A stretch of DNA of 64,000 bases. Source: Bacteroidales bacterium. Its GTDB lineage: Bacteria; Bacteroidota; Bacteroidia; Bacteroidales; VadinHA17. Made by a program: the position numbers and the translations under genes. Shown piece by piece: positions 1 to 9,789 of the stretch (positions are counted from its first letter, which is position 1; each line of letters begins with the position of its first letter). The stretch spans positions 1,216 to 65,215 of the forward strand of contig JBBRSO010000004.1 of the NCBI GenBank assembly GCA_038245405.1, given 5' to 3'. The notes beneath the pieces are model-generated. The model had not been told where the DNA came from, searched no databases, and saw only the letters and a list, made by a program, of their open reading frames with translations.

Positions 1-823
1 CTCCGCATGCATTATTATGTTTTATGATGACATATGCAGGAAGGCTGAACTCATCGATAATACTAAGTGCCGCATCGAGATCCAGAAGGTTGTTGTACGA
101 TATTTCCTTCCCGTGGAGCTTCTTAAAAATCAAATCAGGGTTGCCGAAGAAAATTCCTTTCTGGTGTGGATTTTCGCCATAGCGCAAAGGATACGACTCA
201 TCTATACTCTCCCTGAATACAGGAAGAGATGCCTCCCTGTTAAAATAATTGAAGATGGCGGTATCATAATTTGATGAGGTCTGAAACGCTTTCGCTGCAA
301 ATTTACGTCTGTCGGATAAAGATGTATATCCATTCTTTTCCTGTAGCAGTGAAACTAGATCATTATATTGTCTACGACCTGAAACTACAAACACATCATT
401 AAAATTTTTCGCAGCGGCCCTGATCAATGAAATTCCTCCGATATCAATTTTTTCAATTATCTCCGCTTCCTCATCAGTAGATTTCAACGTTTCTTCAAAA
501 GGATAAAGATCAACTATCACCAGATCTATTTCCGGTATATTATATTTTGACAGCTGTTCAAGATCTTCATTGTTTTCCCTTCTTGCAAGAATCCCGCCAA
601 AAACCGAAGGGTGCAATGTTTTTACTCTTCCGCCAAGTATTGAAGGATAAGTGGTAAGATCTTCGACCTCCTCTGCAGGAATTTTAAGATCAGAAAGAAA
701 TGTAAAAGTGCCGCCAGTTGAATATATCTTCACACCAAATTTATGCAGAAGATTAACAATGTCAGTCAGACCTTCTTTATAAAAAACTGAAATCAGAGCA
801 CTTTTAATTCGTTTGTCACTCAT
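1..823 (-). CDS. purH: Bifunctional AICAR formyltransferase / IMP cyclohydrolase PurH, N-terminal ~274 codons (3' end lies beyond the left window edge)
   Basis: Absent from the ORF track because it has no in-window stop. The reverse complement from ATG (823-821) reads MSDKRIKSALISVFYKEGL...TTYPSILGGRVKTLHPSVFGGILARR...PAYVIIKHNNACG, open to base 1. GGRVKTLHP and KHxNxCG are PurH hallmarks. Confidence 0.9.
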   Translation of the reverse strand, partial: MSDKRIKSALISVFYKEGLTDIVNLLHKFGVKIYSTGGTFTFLSDLKIPAEEVEDLTTYPSILGGRVKTLHPSVFGGILARRENNEDLEQLSKYNIPEIDLVIVDLYPFEETLKSTDEEAEIIEKIDIGGISLIRAAAKNFNDVFVVSGRRQYNDLVSLLQEKNGYTSLSDRRKFAAKAFQTSSNYDTAIFNYFNREASLPVFRESIDESYPLRYGENPHQKGIFFGNPDLIFKKLHGKEISYNNLLDLDAALSIIDEFSLPAYVIIKHNNACG

Positions 824-1091
824 TATATGATAATTGCGATCGTAATGGGATATCCCAATTCTGGCGTCTAAAAATAGATATTTTTTTAATAACCTCATAC
901 ATTATAACATATGATTATTAGCGATTAATGATTTTCGTATCTTTGCCTGGCATAACGAAATAAATAACCGATTCCGTCAAATCTTTATGAGATAACGTAA
1001 ATTATATAAAAAAATGGTCCGGAAGACATTTAAACTGCCAGCAGCATTAAAATTATGCAATGTTCCAATTAGGCTTTGTTTCTGGATTTCT

Positions 1092-1099
1092 TATCTTTG
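1092..1099 (+). promoter_or_regulatory. Candidate Bacteroidota -7 promoter box (TATCTTTG, consensus TAnnTTTG) upstream of the permease gene
   Basis: Exact TAnnTTTG match 24 nt upstream of ATG 1123. A second TATCTTTG lies at 938-945. The -33 TTTG spacing is not ideal. Confidence 0.4.
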
Positions 1100-1122
1100 A
1101 CAATTCATAAAAATACTGCAAA

Positions 1123-2370
1123 ATGTTTCTCAGACTTTTTAAAGAGGGTTTCCTGTTCGCTGTAAATTCGGTTATTGTTAATAAGCTGAGGACATTTCTA
1201 TCACTTTTTGGAATCACCATCGGAATATTCTCAATCATTTCAGTATTTACTGCATTGGACTGGATGGAAAAATCAATTCGTGACAGTGTTTCCACACTTG
1301 GCGATAATGTATTGTATGTCCAGAAGTTCCCATGGTCGTTTGACCCCAAACTTGCCTGGTGGGATATTATTAAATGGCCATCCATCTCCGAGCGTGATTA
1401 TCAGGCTATAGAGAAGAAATCTACAAAGGCGGAGACTGCCTGTTTCCTGGCAGCACAACCTGAAAAGATAAAATACAAGAAAAATATAGCAAATGATGTC
1501 ACAGTAGCTGCTATAACAATTGAATTTCAGAATATCAGATCTTTTGAGATCAATAAAGGCAGGTACTTTTCTCCTTTTGAAGCATCAAGCGGAAAAAATG
1601 TCGCTGTTATCGGAGCGGAAATAGCAAACAAATTATTCGGAAAGGAAGATCCTGTTGGAAAAGAAATCACTGTTGCAGGTTTCAAAACACTCGTAATAGG
1701 TGTTATGAAAAGGGAAGGTAAAGGCGGTATCAGCGATAATGGCATGGATGACTTAACCCTTGTACCTGTTAGTTTTGCAAAAAGCTTTATCAATATGCGT
1801 AACAGATTCATAAATACGCAATTGATGATAAAAGCAAAAGAGGGAGTTGCCATTCAGGAATTAAGCGATGAAACAACTATGATCTTAAGAGCATCCAGAA
1901 GTCTTCGTCCTGAAGAAACCACAAACTTCTCAGTGAACAGGGCAAGTATGTTGTCGGCGGGTCTCGATTCTATCTTCGTTGCTATTAACATCGGAGGCTG
2001 GGTGATCGGAGGATTTGCAATCCTTGTGGGCGGTTTCGGAATTGCAAATATCATGTTCGTGTCAGTAAGGGAACGTACCAATATTATTGGTATCCAGAAA
2101 GCGTTGGGCGCCAAAAAATTCTTTATCCTTCAGCAGTTCCTGGTAGAATCAATGCTACTGTCGATATTCGGTGGTTTGCTAGGAGTTCTATTGATCTTTT
2201 TAGCGACACTTGTAGTTAACTATCTCTGGGATCTGAATATGTATCTTACTCTGGGTAATATAGTCCTTGCCCTGTTTATTTCAGGTATAATTGGTATCGT
2301 GGCAGGTTATGCCCCGGCGAATGCTGCTGCTAAGATGAATCCTGTTGAAGCTATTGGATTCTCATTCTGA
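1123..2370 (+). CDS. ABC transporter permease, FtsX/MacB-type
   Basis: 415 aa. One N-terminal TM helix, a large extracytoplasmic domain, then three C-terminal TM helices ([30 protein letters not shown]), the typical MacB/LolE-like topology. Confidence 0.85.
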   Translation: MFLRLFKEGFLFAVNSVIVNKLRTFLSLFGITIGIFSIISVFTALDWMEKSIRDSVSTLGDNVLYVQKFPWSFDPKLAWWDIIKWPSISERDYQAIEKKSTKAETACFLAAQPEKIKYKKNIANDVTVAAITIEFQNIRSFEINKGRYFSPFEASSGKNVAVIGAEIANKLFGKEDPVGKEITVAGFKTLVIGVMKREGKGGISDNGMDDLTLVPVSFAKSFINMRNRFINTQLMIKAKEGVAIQELSDETTMILRASRSLRPEETTNFSVNRASMLSAGLDSIFVAINIGGWVIGGFAILVGGFGIANIMFVSVRERTNIIGIQKALGAKKFFILQQFLVESMLLSIFGGLLGVLLIFLATLVVNYLWDLNMYLTLGNIVLALFISGIIGIVAGYAPANAAAKMNPVEAIGFSF

Positions 2371-3150
2371 TTTTACAATATTCTCCTTAATCCAGCAGGT
2401 AAGCTGTACGAATTGTTCAACCGATAATTGTTCCGGACGCAATCCGAATTCCGGATAATCTTCGCGTTTTAATTCAAATGCTGACCTCACAGAATTTCTC
2501 AGGGTTTTTCTACGCTGATTGAATGCAGCTTTTACCACTCTGAAAAATAAGCCTTCATCACATCCAAGATCTGTAACTTCGTTGCGTACTAACCTGATAA
2601 CGCCGGACTTTACTTTTGGCGGTGGGGAGAAGACATGCTCGGAAACTGTGAAAAGATATTCTGTCTTATAGAATGCCTGCAGCAGAACACTCATAATGCC
2701 ATACGTCTTTGATCCGGGTCCGGCACAAATCCTTTCAGCAACTTCTTTCTGCAGCATTCCGGCAATCTCCACTACTTTATCTTTGTGTTTCAAAACTTTA
2801 AAGAGGATCTGAGTGGAAATATTATAAGGGAAATTACCTATGATCCCCATTTTATCAGGAAAAACATTCTCTACATCCATTGTCAGGAAATCACCGGTAA
2901 TAACATTCAGATCGGGGAAGTTTGCTTTAAGATAATGGACCGACTCATTATCTATTTCAATAACCCGGAAGTCGCTGAAATTACGTGCGGTAAGATACCC
3001 TGTGAGTACACCCATCCCAGGTCCTATTTCAAGAACAGTATCATAACCAACGCCGGTTAGTGAGTCAGCTATTCTTTTGGCAATTGCCGTATCATTCAGG
3101 AAATGCTGGCCGAGATTTTTTTTGGCGTATACCCTTCTGCGGTTGTCCAT
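2362..3150 (-). CDS. rsmA: 16S rRNA (adenine1518/1519-N6)-dimethyltransferase RsmA/KsgA
   Basis: 262 aa. [11 protein letters not shown] start motif, SAM motif [11 protein letters not shown] and NFPYNIST motif. Confidence 0.95.
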   Translation of the reverse strand: MDNRRRVYAKKNLGQHFLNDTAIAKRIADSLTGVGYDTVLEIGPGMGVLTGYLTARNFSDFRVIEIDNESVHYLKANFPDLNVITGDFLTMDVENVFPDKMGIIGNFPYNISTQILFKVLKHKDKVVEIAGMLQKEVAERICAGPGSKTYGIMSVLLQAFYKTEYLFTVSEHVFSPPPKVKSGVIRLVRNEVTDLGCDEGLFFRVVKAAFNQRRKTLRNSVRSAFELKREDYPEFGLRPEQLSVEQFVQLTCWIKENIVKSE

Positions 3151-3171
3151 TAATTCGTTTTTGTTTGTCGT

Positions 3172-6100
3172 TTACACCTGTAGCAATTCCCTGCCGAATT
3201 TCCGCAGAATCGGCAAATTAAGAGCTTCAAGAAACCTGATAAACTTTTTAAGAATGTTATAGTACAGAGTCACAAACAACGCAAATATAATCAACCAGAG
3301 AACCAGCATATTGAAGATCAGTGTGTCTATTTTGAAACTGCCGATCTGTTTATAGGGAGCATAAAAATGAGCTCTTCCATACCTGGAACCAGGTGGCATA
3401 AATATCGGATCGGCTTTTTGTATCAACCTGTCACCGGTATCAAAAATTTTATTCGTTGATAACCGGTTAAGCACATAGTTGGCAAGATTTTCATTGTAAT
3501 TCTCAGCGCGCATAGCGATAAATTGATCCTCTCCCAATCTGGTCGACAACAATTTAGATAAAGAATCCCTTTCGTATGTTATTCGCCTGCTATTCAGTCT
3601 GAAACTTAATTTTAAACTATCAAGCAGTTTCTTTGTATCCACTGCAATTTCCTGATTGAATCCCAGATAGTTGAGACTCCCGTACCATGTGCCAGGTTTA
3701 ATTCCCGTAATAGCTGAGAGATCACTAATGTGCAGGTTTAATTTTTTGAAGTTACTGACTGCTACATCTTTGTAATCGGGGTCGAGGCCAGCTGAGATAC
3801 AATCCTCAACTTTTTGCTTCAGAGCAGGCACCAGGAATGAAGCATACCAGTCGTTCTGACTAATAGCCATGTCATACTTAAAGAATGGTTTTTCAAACCG
3901 GTTGGATTCAAACTGCTCAACACATAATGCCTCGTAAGCCCAGCGCGTTGCCATTATATCACCTACCAGGGGCACATAGATCTTTTTACTTATGGAAGTA
4001 TGAAGATCATCAAATTTTATCATTGCACCACCAAGAAGCAACTGAGGTACCAATATTAAAGGTATCAGAATATATATGCTGACAGCCGTTCTCATCCCGG
4101 CAGAGATATTCAAACCCAGCATGTTACCGAAACAGGCAGTGGTGAACAGTATGATCCATTGTTGCAGGAGCATTCCTTTGACATCGAGGATCACGTTCGC
4201 CACAATTATGAACGAGAGACTCTGTATTGCAGATAAAGCGAAGAGAAAATTGATTTTTGAAACAAGGTAGCTAAGCCTGCTGAGATTAAGGAACTTCTCG
4301 CGTTCAAGTATCTTTCTGTCGCGGTATATTTCTTCAGCACTCACAGTAAGTCCTATAAAAAGAGATACTATGACGGCCATAAACAGGAAGATCGGATAAT
4401 TCTTGTTTGTCGAAAAGCTGTATACTCCGTTTTCACTATATTTTGAAATATAGCCAAGAATAAATGCGAGCAACGGCGCTTCAAGGAGGTTGATAGTCAT
4501 ATACTGACGATCAGCCACCTTCCTTGTAATATTTCTTCTGATAAATGTCCGGATCTGATCTGATTTTTTTGGTACCCTGAAGTTGCTGGGAGGTACAATC
4601 AATTGCGCAGGTCTCTCAACCAGAACCGGCATCATTTTCTTCTTATACTTCTCATACCATTCTTTTGGACTTATTTGTCTTTCCTTTCCCGGATGGCCTG
4701 AATTATCAATTACTTTTACTTCAATAATATGAAGAATATTATCAGTCTCCACATTTCCGCAGTTAGGACATTCGCTCTCGGCGGCATTAGCCTGTGAAGT
4801 CTCAGTCTTGAAATAGACGAGTGCCTCCACCGGATCACCATCATAGATCATATAGCCTCCCTTGTCGAGGAGCCAGAGCCTGTCGAACATCTTAATTATA
4901 TCAGAGGAAGGCTGATGTATAATAGCAAATACCAGTTTCCCGCTCAGCGACTGGTTTCTGAGAAGGCTCATTACTTTTTCTGAATCGAATGAAGAAAGAC
5001 CTGATGTTGGTTCATCAATAAAAAGGACAACCGGTTCCCTCATCAGTTCAAGACCAATGTTGAGTCTCTTTCGTTGACCTCCGCTCACCATTTTATTCAT
5101 GATATCTCCAACCTGCATATCCTTAATGTCGTACAGGTCGAGATCCATCAGAACTTTCTGGACGGTATTCTTCAGTTGTTCTTCATTATAGTCGCCAAAA
5201 CAAAGCCGGGCATTAAAATAAAGATTCTGATAGACAGTGAGTTCCTCGATAAGCATATCGTCCTGGGGAACAAATCCAATCAATCCCTTTAATTTTTCGG
5301 AATCTCCATTTATATCATAGCCATTGATATAAATGTTACCTGAAGTTGGCTTTATCTTTCCGTGCAAAAGATTGAGCAATGTTGTTTTGCCAACACCACT
5401 GCCTCCCATTATCCCAATCAGATTTCCAGATTCAACTCTGAAATTCATTTTCTGAAGGCCGTTTTCAGAATTCTTGAACAGAAACTCAATGTCGTGTCCT
5501 TCGAAGATTATCTTTTCAGGAAATTTTCTGGAAACAAATTTTTTGAAAATTTTTGAATAATAGATCGGATCTATTCCTTGTCCCTTAATGTTTACACCAC
5601 GGTCGAGGAGGTATGGCCTGCATGCTATAATATCGCGGCCTTTAAAATACAGGACAAGAGAACCATCATATGTAAAAATAAGAGTACCGGTGCTCTCTAT
5701 ATGCATCACAACAAGATGTCCCTTGAACCCTTTCAGCCTGATGTGGCGCCATTTGTCGTAATTCTTATATAGCTCTGCTCCCGATTGTTGAGTATTATCA
5801 CTTTCTATAATCAGAATACATTCCGGCGAAACATTATCGTATGCCCTGCCAATCATGAAAGCAATTGCATTTTCGTACTCCTTTTTGTTTATATTGAAGG
5901 TACGTGAAACGATGTCTATAATTGTCTTCTCCTGCTCGGATATCATTCCGTCCTCAAAAGCGAACTCAATAAGCTGTAAAAAGACGATCATTCGTTCTTC
6001 AAGAAATAATCCCTTTTTTATCTGACGGCAGATATTTGTGATCTGAAAAGATATGAGCGATTCATCGTCGGCAAGTTCAGCCTTGTCTACACTCTTTAGT

Positions 6101-6285
6101 TCGTTGGAATAAAATTCGAGGTTATTCTCAAACAGAGAGTAGTATTCTTCTTCGAGTTCGCGGTTAAGATATCTTCTGAGGTCACTGCGCAGGATCTTTT
6201 TCCCTCTCGAAGATATGCCGGCAGGGTTGATCGTCGAAACAATTGCAAAAATATGTATTAAGGCTAGTAATACCGATTCCCTCAT
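3172..6285 (-). CDS. Fused ABC transporter (ATPase + ABC-2-type permease) with an extra N-terminal regulatory-looking region
   Basis: 1037 aa. Walker A GGSGVGKTT, signature VSGGQRKRLNIG, Walker B VLFIDEPTSGL, an ECPNCGN Cys motif after the ATPase, then multiple C-terminal TM helices. About 280 aa of non-ABC sequence lies at the N-terminus. Confidence 0.85.
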   Translation of the reverse strand: MRESVLLALIHIFAIVSTINPAGISSRGKKILRSDLRRYLNRELEEEYYSLFENNLEFYSNELKSVDKAELADDESLISFQITNICRQIKKGLFLEERMIVFLQLIEFAFEDGMISEQEKTIIDIVSRTFNINKKEYENAIAFMIGRAYDNVSPECILIIESDNTQQSGAELYKNYDKWRHIRLKGFKGHLVVMHIESTGTLIFTYDGSLVLYFKGRDIIACRPYLLDRGVNIKGQGIDPIYYSKIFKKFVSRKFPEKIIFEGHDIEFLFKNSENGLQKMNFRVESGNLIGIMGGSGVGKTTLLNLLHGKIKPTSGNIYINGYDINGDSEKLKGLIGFVPQDDMLIEELTVYQNLYFNARLCFGDYNEEQLKNTVQKVLMDLDLYDIKDMQVGDIMNKMVSGGQRKRLNIGLELMREPVVLFIDEPTSGLSSFDSEKVMSLLRNQSLSGKLVFAIIHQPSSDIIKMFDRLWLLDKGGYMIYDGDPVEALVYFKTETSQANAAESECPNCGNVETDNILHIIEVKVIDNSGHPGKERQISPKEWYEKYKKKMMPVLVERPAQLIVPPSNFRVPKKSDQIRTFIRRNITRKVADRQYMTINLLEAPLLAFILGYISKYSENGVYSFSTNKNYPIFLFMAVIVSLFIGLTVSAEEIYRDRKILEREKFLNLSRLSYLVSKINFLFALSAIQSLSFIIVANVILDVKGMLLQQWIILFTTACFGNMLGLNISAGMRTAVSIYILIPLILVPQLLLGGAMIKFDDLHTSISKKIYVPLVGDIMATRWAYEALCVEQFESNRFEKPFFKYDMAISQNDWYASFLVPALKQKVEDCISAGLDPDYKDVAVSNFKKLNLHISDLSAITGIKPGTWYGSLNYLGFNQEIAVDTKKLLDSLKLSFRLNSRRITYERDSLSKLLSTRLGEDQFIAMRAENYNENLANYVLNRLSTNKIFDTGDRLIQKADPIFMPPGSRYGRAHFYAPYKQIGSFKIDTLIFNMLVLWLIIFALFVTLYYNILKKFIRFLEALNLPILRKFGRELLQV

Positions 6286-6298
6286 AAGATCACTAAAT

Positions 6299-6333
6299 AA
6301 AAAAAAGACCGCAAAGTAAGATTCTTTGCGGCC
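6299..6333 (-). terminator. Rho-independent terminator after the lipoprotein gene
   Basis: The minus strand reads GGCCGCAAAG-AATCTTA-CTTTGCGGTC followed by TTTTTTTTATT. This is a 10-bp stem plus a U-tract. Confidence 0.75.
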
Positions 6334-6350
6334 AAAGAATTATAACATTA

Positions 6351-7172
6351 TTATTGTACGATCTGTTCCCTTACCTCGCCAATAACTTTTGTAATATCAA
6401 TAATATTCTGTTCGGTAAGGCTTGTACCAATACCTGCATATACTTGTTTTACAGCATCCAGCTTTTTAACAAAGTCACCAACACTCGGATCGGTAAGATA
6501 AGGTTTGGTGATGTTAAGAAATAGATCAAATGAATTTTTCTGCTCAAGTAAAACCTTTGATATCCCGGCAACCTGATAAGCAGCTTCTGAAACGTGAGTA
6601 GTGAGGTACATTCCTTCAACCCATGCGCCACCGACAACAAGAAGTGCAAGAGGCTGCTGATCGTTGTCATTCAGATATGCATAGGTATCGTTAAAGGAAC
6701 CGGTAAGTACCTTTACCAGTTCATCTTTATTATCAAAATTCTGCTTAATTTTATTATATAAATCCTCGTTATAGATTTTTGACATGTTCAGCTCATTTGC
6801 CAGAGATCTGATAGCCTCAAGATAATTTATAACCTGTTGTTGCTGATTATAAAGAGTAACATAACTAAGATCAGCTCCAAAAACACCCAGATTTATTGCT
6901 CTTGTGGTGCTGATAAAATACTTCTTGGTATTTTCTACAGGATTTGTAATCCCAATTATATAACCAACTTCCAGATCAGTGAGCATCCTGATAACCTCAG
7001 CGGATGTAGGCAGAGGATAAATATGAGATTCAATCTGTTCCGGAATCTGCTTTACAGCTTCAGTTTCAGCTTCTTTCTGCTGTTTCGCAGCAGCCCTGTC
7101 CTTACATGAACTCAGTGAGGTGATGCTGATAATTAATAATGGAAGTATAAATCCTGCAAAAATCTTTTTCAT
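6351..7172 (-). CDS. Hypothetical lipoprotein
   Basis: Track ORF 6351..7205. The likely start is MKKIFAGFILPLLIISITSLSSC at 7172 (signal peptide plus lipobox Cys). No family recognised. Confidence 0.7.
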   Translation of the reverse strand: MKKIFAGFILPLLIISITSLSSCKDRAAAKQQKEAETEAVKQIPEQIESHIYPLPTSAEVIRMLTDLEVGYIIGITNPVENTKKYFISTTRAINLGVFGADLSYVTLYNQQQQVINYLEAIRSLANELNMSKIYNEDLYNKIKQNFDNKDELVKVLTGSFNDTYAYLNDNDQQPLALLVVGGAWVEGMYLTTHVSEAAYQVAGISKVLLEQKNSFDLFLNITKPYLTDPSVGDFVKKLDAVKQVYAGIGTSLTEQNIIDITKVIGEVREQIVQ

Positions 7173-7238
7173 TTGAGTTAATTTTAATTTTAAACAATCA
7201 ATCAAAAACCGATCATAAAAGTAGTAAATAATATTGAA

Positions 7239-7358
7239 ACTAAAGTGAGCTAAAGTGACTAAAGTGACTAAAGTGAGCTAAAGTGACCAACTCTAGTGAC
7301 TCTAGTCACTTTAGTCACTCACTTCAGTCACTCACTTTAGTCACTCTAGTCACTCTAA
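7239..7358. repeat. Palindromic tandem array: about 5 units of CTAAAGTGA(G/C) followed by about 6 units of the reverse complement (GTCACTTTAG / GTCACTCTAG)
   Basis: Read directly from the sequence. The centre is GTGAC-TCTA-GTCAC at 7296-7309. It lies in the divergent region between the lipoprotein start (7172) and the patB-like start (7412). Confidence 0.9.
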
Positions 7359-7411
7359 ACTCCAAATTTTTTTACCTATCTTTAGGCCCCTGAAACCAGA
7401 CTAATTTTAGG

Positions 7412-8584
7412 ATGTGGAACTTCGATGAAACTATAGTCAGAGAAGGTACTGATTGCATTAAATATGATCGCAGGGTTGAGACATTCGGTGTTAAAGATGT
7501 CATACCCATGTGGGTCGCCGATATGGATTTTAAGACACCTGATTTTATTGTTGATGCTCTCCGTAAACGAATCGGCCATGAGATATTTGGATACACCTAT
7601 CGTTCCCCGGAATATTTTTCGTCAATAATTAACTGGACCAGAACCAGGCACAACTGGGCACTGGAAAGAGATTGGATCTCATTTTGCCCCGGAATTGTGC
7701 CGGCCTTGAATTTCTGCACTCTTGCATTTACTAAGCCCGGTGATGGCATAATTGTACAACCACCAGTATATTTTCCATTCTTCACGGCTGCTGAAGCTCA
7801 TGGGAGGAAGCTTATCTATAACAACCTTACCGAATCTGAGGGGAAATGGTCGATGGATTACAATTCCCTTGTAAATGTTATCGACACAGATACAAAAATG
7901 ATTCTTATTTCAAATCCTCATAATCCGGTCGGACGAGTATGGGAGCCTGAAGAACTATATAATATTGCTGTGATCTGCCTGAAAAACAATATTCTGATGA
8001 TATCAGATGAGATACATTGCGATCTTATGCTACCAGGGTATATTCATACACCACTTGCATCTCTTTCCGATGAGATTGCAGATAAAACCATTACCTTAAT
8101 TGCCCCCAGTAAGACATTTAACCTTGCCGGACTATCTACATCATCGGTGATCATCTCAAACCCTGAACTGAGAAAAACATTTTCCAAAGTAGTAGATAAC
8201 CTGCATATCGTAGGGGGTAATATTTTCGGAACAATTGCTTCTGTTGCTGCATATACTCATGGTCACGACTGGTTAGATGCCCTTGTTGAGTATGTTGATA
8301 ATAATGTGGAATATGTAAAAGATTATTGTGCGCGGATGATTCCGGAAATTATCCCTGTACAACCTGAAGCAACATATATGATATGGCTCGATTGCCGCAA
8401 GTTCGGCATGACGGGAAAAGAACTTCAGAATTTCTTTGTACATAAAGCAGGAATTGGCATGAATGAAGGTTCAGCATTCGGACCGGGTGGTGAGGGATTT
8501 ATGAGAATGAATCTTGGAACAACTCATTCGACAGTGATAAAAGCAATGGAACAGATTGAAAAAGCTGTTGCATTGTTTAGATGA
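7412..8584 (+). CDS. PatB/MalY-family PLP-dependent C-S lyase (class I/II aminotransferase fold)
   Basis: 390 aa. SNPHNPVGRVW and APSKTFNLAGL (PLP lysine context); length and N-terminus are typical of MalY/PatB cystathionine beta-lyases. Confidence 0.8.
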   Translation: MWNFDETIVREGTDCIKYDRRVETFGVKDVIPMWVADMDFKTPDFIVDALRKRIGHEIFGYTYRSPEYFSSIINWTRTRHNWALERDWISFCPGIVPALNFCTLAFTKPGDGIIVQPPVYFPFFTAAEAHGRKLIYNNLTESEGKWSMDYNSLVNVIDTDTKMILISNPHNPVGRVWEPEELYNIAVICLKNNILMISDEIHCDLMLPGYIHTPLASLSDEIADKTITLIAPSKTFNLAGLSTSSVIISNPELRKTFSKVVDNLHIVGGNIFGTIASVAAYTHGHDWLDALVEYVDNNVEYVKDYCARMIPEIIPVQPEATYMIWLDCRKFGMTGKELQNFFVHKAGIGMNEGSAFGPGGEGFMRMNLGTTHSTVIKAMEQIEKAVALFR

Positions 8585-8605
8585 ACAGAAAATAATTAAA
8601 GATTG

Positions 8606-9688
8606 ATGAAAAATAGTGTAAAGATAAATCTTACCCTTGAAGACGGCACAGTTTATCAGGGGAGATTATTTGGTTCATGTATACCGGCTGCCGGAGAAGT
8701 GGTTTTTAATACAGCAATGACAGGATATCCCGAAAGCTTAACAGATCCTTCATACCGTGGACAAATACTTTGTCTGACATATCCGTTGATTGGGAATTAT
8801 GGCGCACCCGCAAAAAGCGAAGAAAATGATCTGTTTCGTTTCTACGAATCTTCATCTGTACATATCTCAGGCCTGATTGTATCTGATTATTCATTCGAAT
8901 ACAGCCACTGGAATGCAACAGAAAGCCTTGACCAATGGCTGGGAAGAAACAGCGTACCGGGTATTTATGGAATTGATACAAGAGCACTGACAAAAAGAAT
9001 CAGGGAGAAAGGCGCAATGTTAGGCAAGATTGAACCTGAAGGACTAACAACAGATTTTTATGACCCAAACAAGGTAAATCTGGTAGCTGAAGTAAGCACA
9101 CACGGGAAGAAGATTTACGGAAACGGGAAATATAAAATATTACTTGTCGATTGCGGCGTTAAATATAACATCATCAGAAATCTTCTGAAAAGAGACACTA
9201 CAATAATAAGGGTTCCATGGGATTATGACTATCATAAAGAGGAGTTTGATGGTCTGTTTCTTTCAAACGGTCCAGGTGATCCGAAAATGTGCGTAGCTAC
9301 TATAGAGAATATTAAAAAATCATTCGAAGGTGATAAACCTGTTTTTGGGATCTGTCTGGGTAACCAGCTGATGGCCCTGGCGTCAGGATCAGATACTTAT
9401 AAACTTAAATATGGCCATAGGAGCCATAACCAGCCGGTTCTTCAGGTTGGAACCGACAAAGCATATATAACATCACAGAATCACGGATTTGCAGTTGATA
9501 ATAAGACACTTGGCGCCGAATGGGAACCACTTTTCATAAACATCAATGACAATACGAATGAGGGCATGAAACATAAAAATAAACCGTTCTTTTCAACGCA
9601 GTTTCACCCGGAAGCATCAGGAGGCCCGACAGATACTGATTATTTGTTTGATGTTTTTATAGAGAATATTAAGAAGTCGAAAAAATAA
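8606..9688 (+). CDS. carA: Carbamoyl-phosphate synthase small (glutaminase) subunit
   Basis: The track start 8603 is TTG; the ATG is at 8606. There is a CPSase small-chain N-domain and a class-I amidotransferase triad context (GICLGNQL ... QFHPE). Confidence 0.95.
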   Translation: MKNSVKINLTLEDGTVYQGRLFGSCIPAAGEVVFNTAMTGYPESLTDPSYRGQILCLTYPLIGNYGAPAKSEENDLFRFYESSSVHISGLIVSDYSFEYSHWNATESLDQWLGRNSVPGIYGIDTRALTKRIREKGAMLGKIEPEGLTTDFYDPNKVNLVAEVSTHGKKIYGNGKYKILLVDCGVKYNIIRNLLKRDTTIIRVPWDYDYHKEEFDGLFLSNGPGDPKMCVATIENIKKSFEGDKPVFGICLGNQLMALASGSDTYKLKYGHRSHNQPVLQVGTDKAYITSQNHGFAVDNKTLGAEWEPLFININDNTNEGMKHKNKPFFSTQFHPEASGGPTDTDYLFDVFIENIKKSKK

Positions 9689-9699
9689 AATAAAACTTA

Positions 9700-9727
9700 C
9701 ACAGAGAGCCACAGGGGGCCACAGAGG
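9700..9727. repeat. Three tandem ~9-nt units (C)CACAG(A/G)GG immediately after the carA stop
   Basis: CACAGAGAG CCACAGGGGG CCACAGAGG. The reverse complement of 9700-9714 (CTGTGGCTCTCTGTG) is identical to 37767-37781. Confidence 0.8.
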
Positions 9728-9747
9728 AGAAAATTGCAAAAAGGCGT

Positions 9748-9782
9748 GGATTGGGGATTCCGCAATCAAAAATCCCCAATCC
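9748..9782. terminator. Hairpin between convergent carA and argH (candidate bidirectional terminator)
   Basis: GGATTGGGGA / TCCCCAATCC is a perfect 10-bp stem with a 15-nt loop. It is built from AATCCNN heptamer units. Confidence 0.6.
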
Positions 9783-9789
9783 GAAAATC

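Noticed and set aside
7239-7358. Possibility that this tandem array (and those at 11171-11229 and 25701-25788) is a CRISPR array
   Set aside because: The units are only 6-10 nt and directly abutting, with no unique spacers. The second half of each array is the reverse complement of the first, and no cas genes are in the window.
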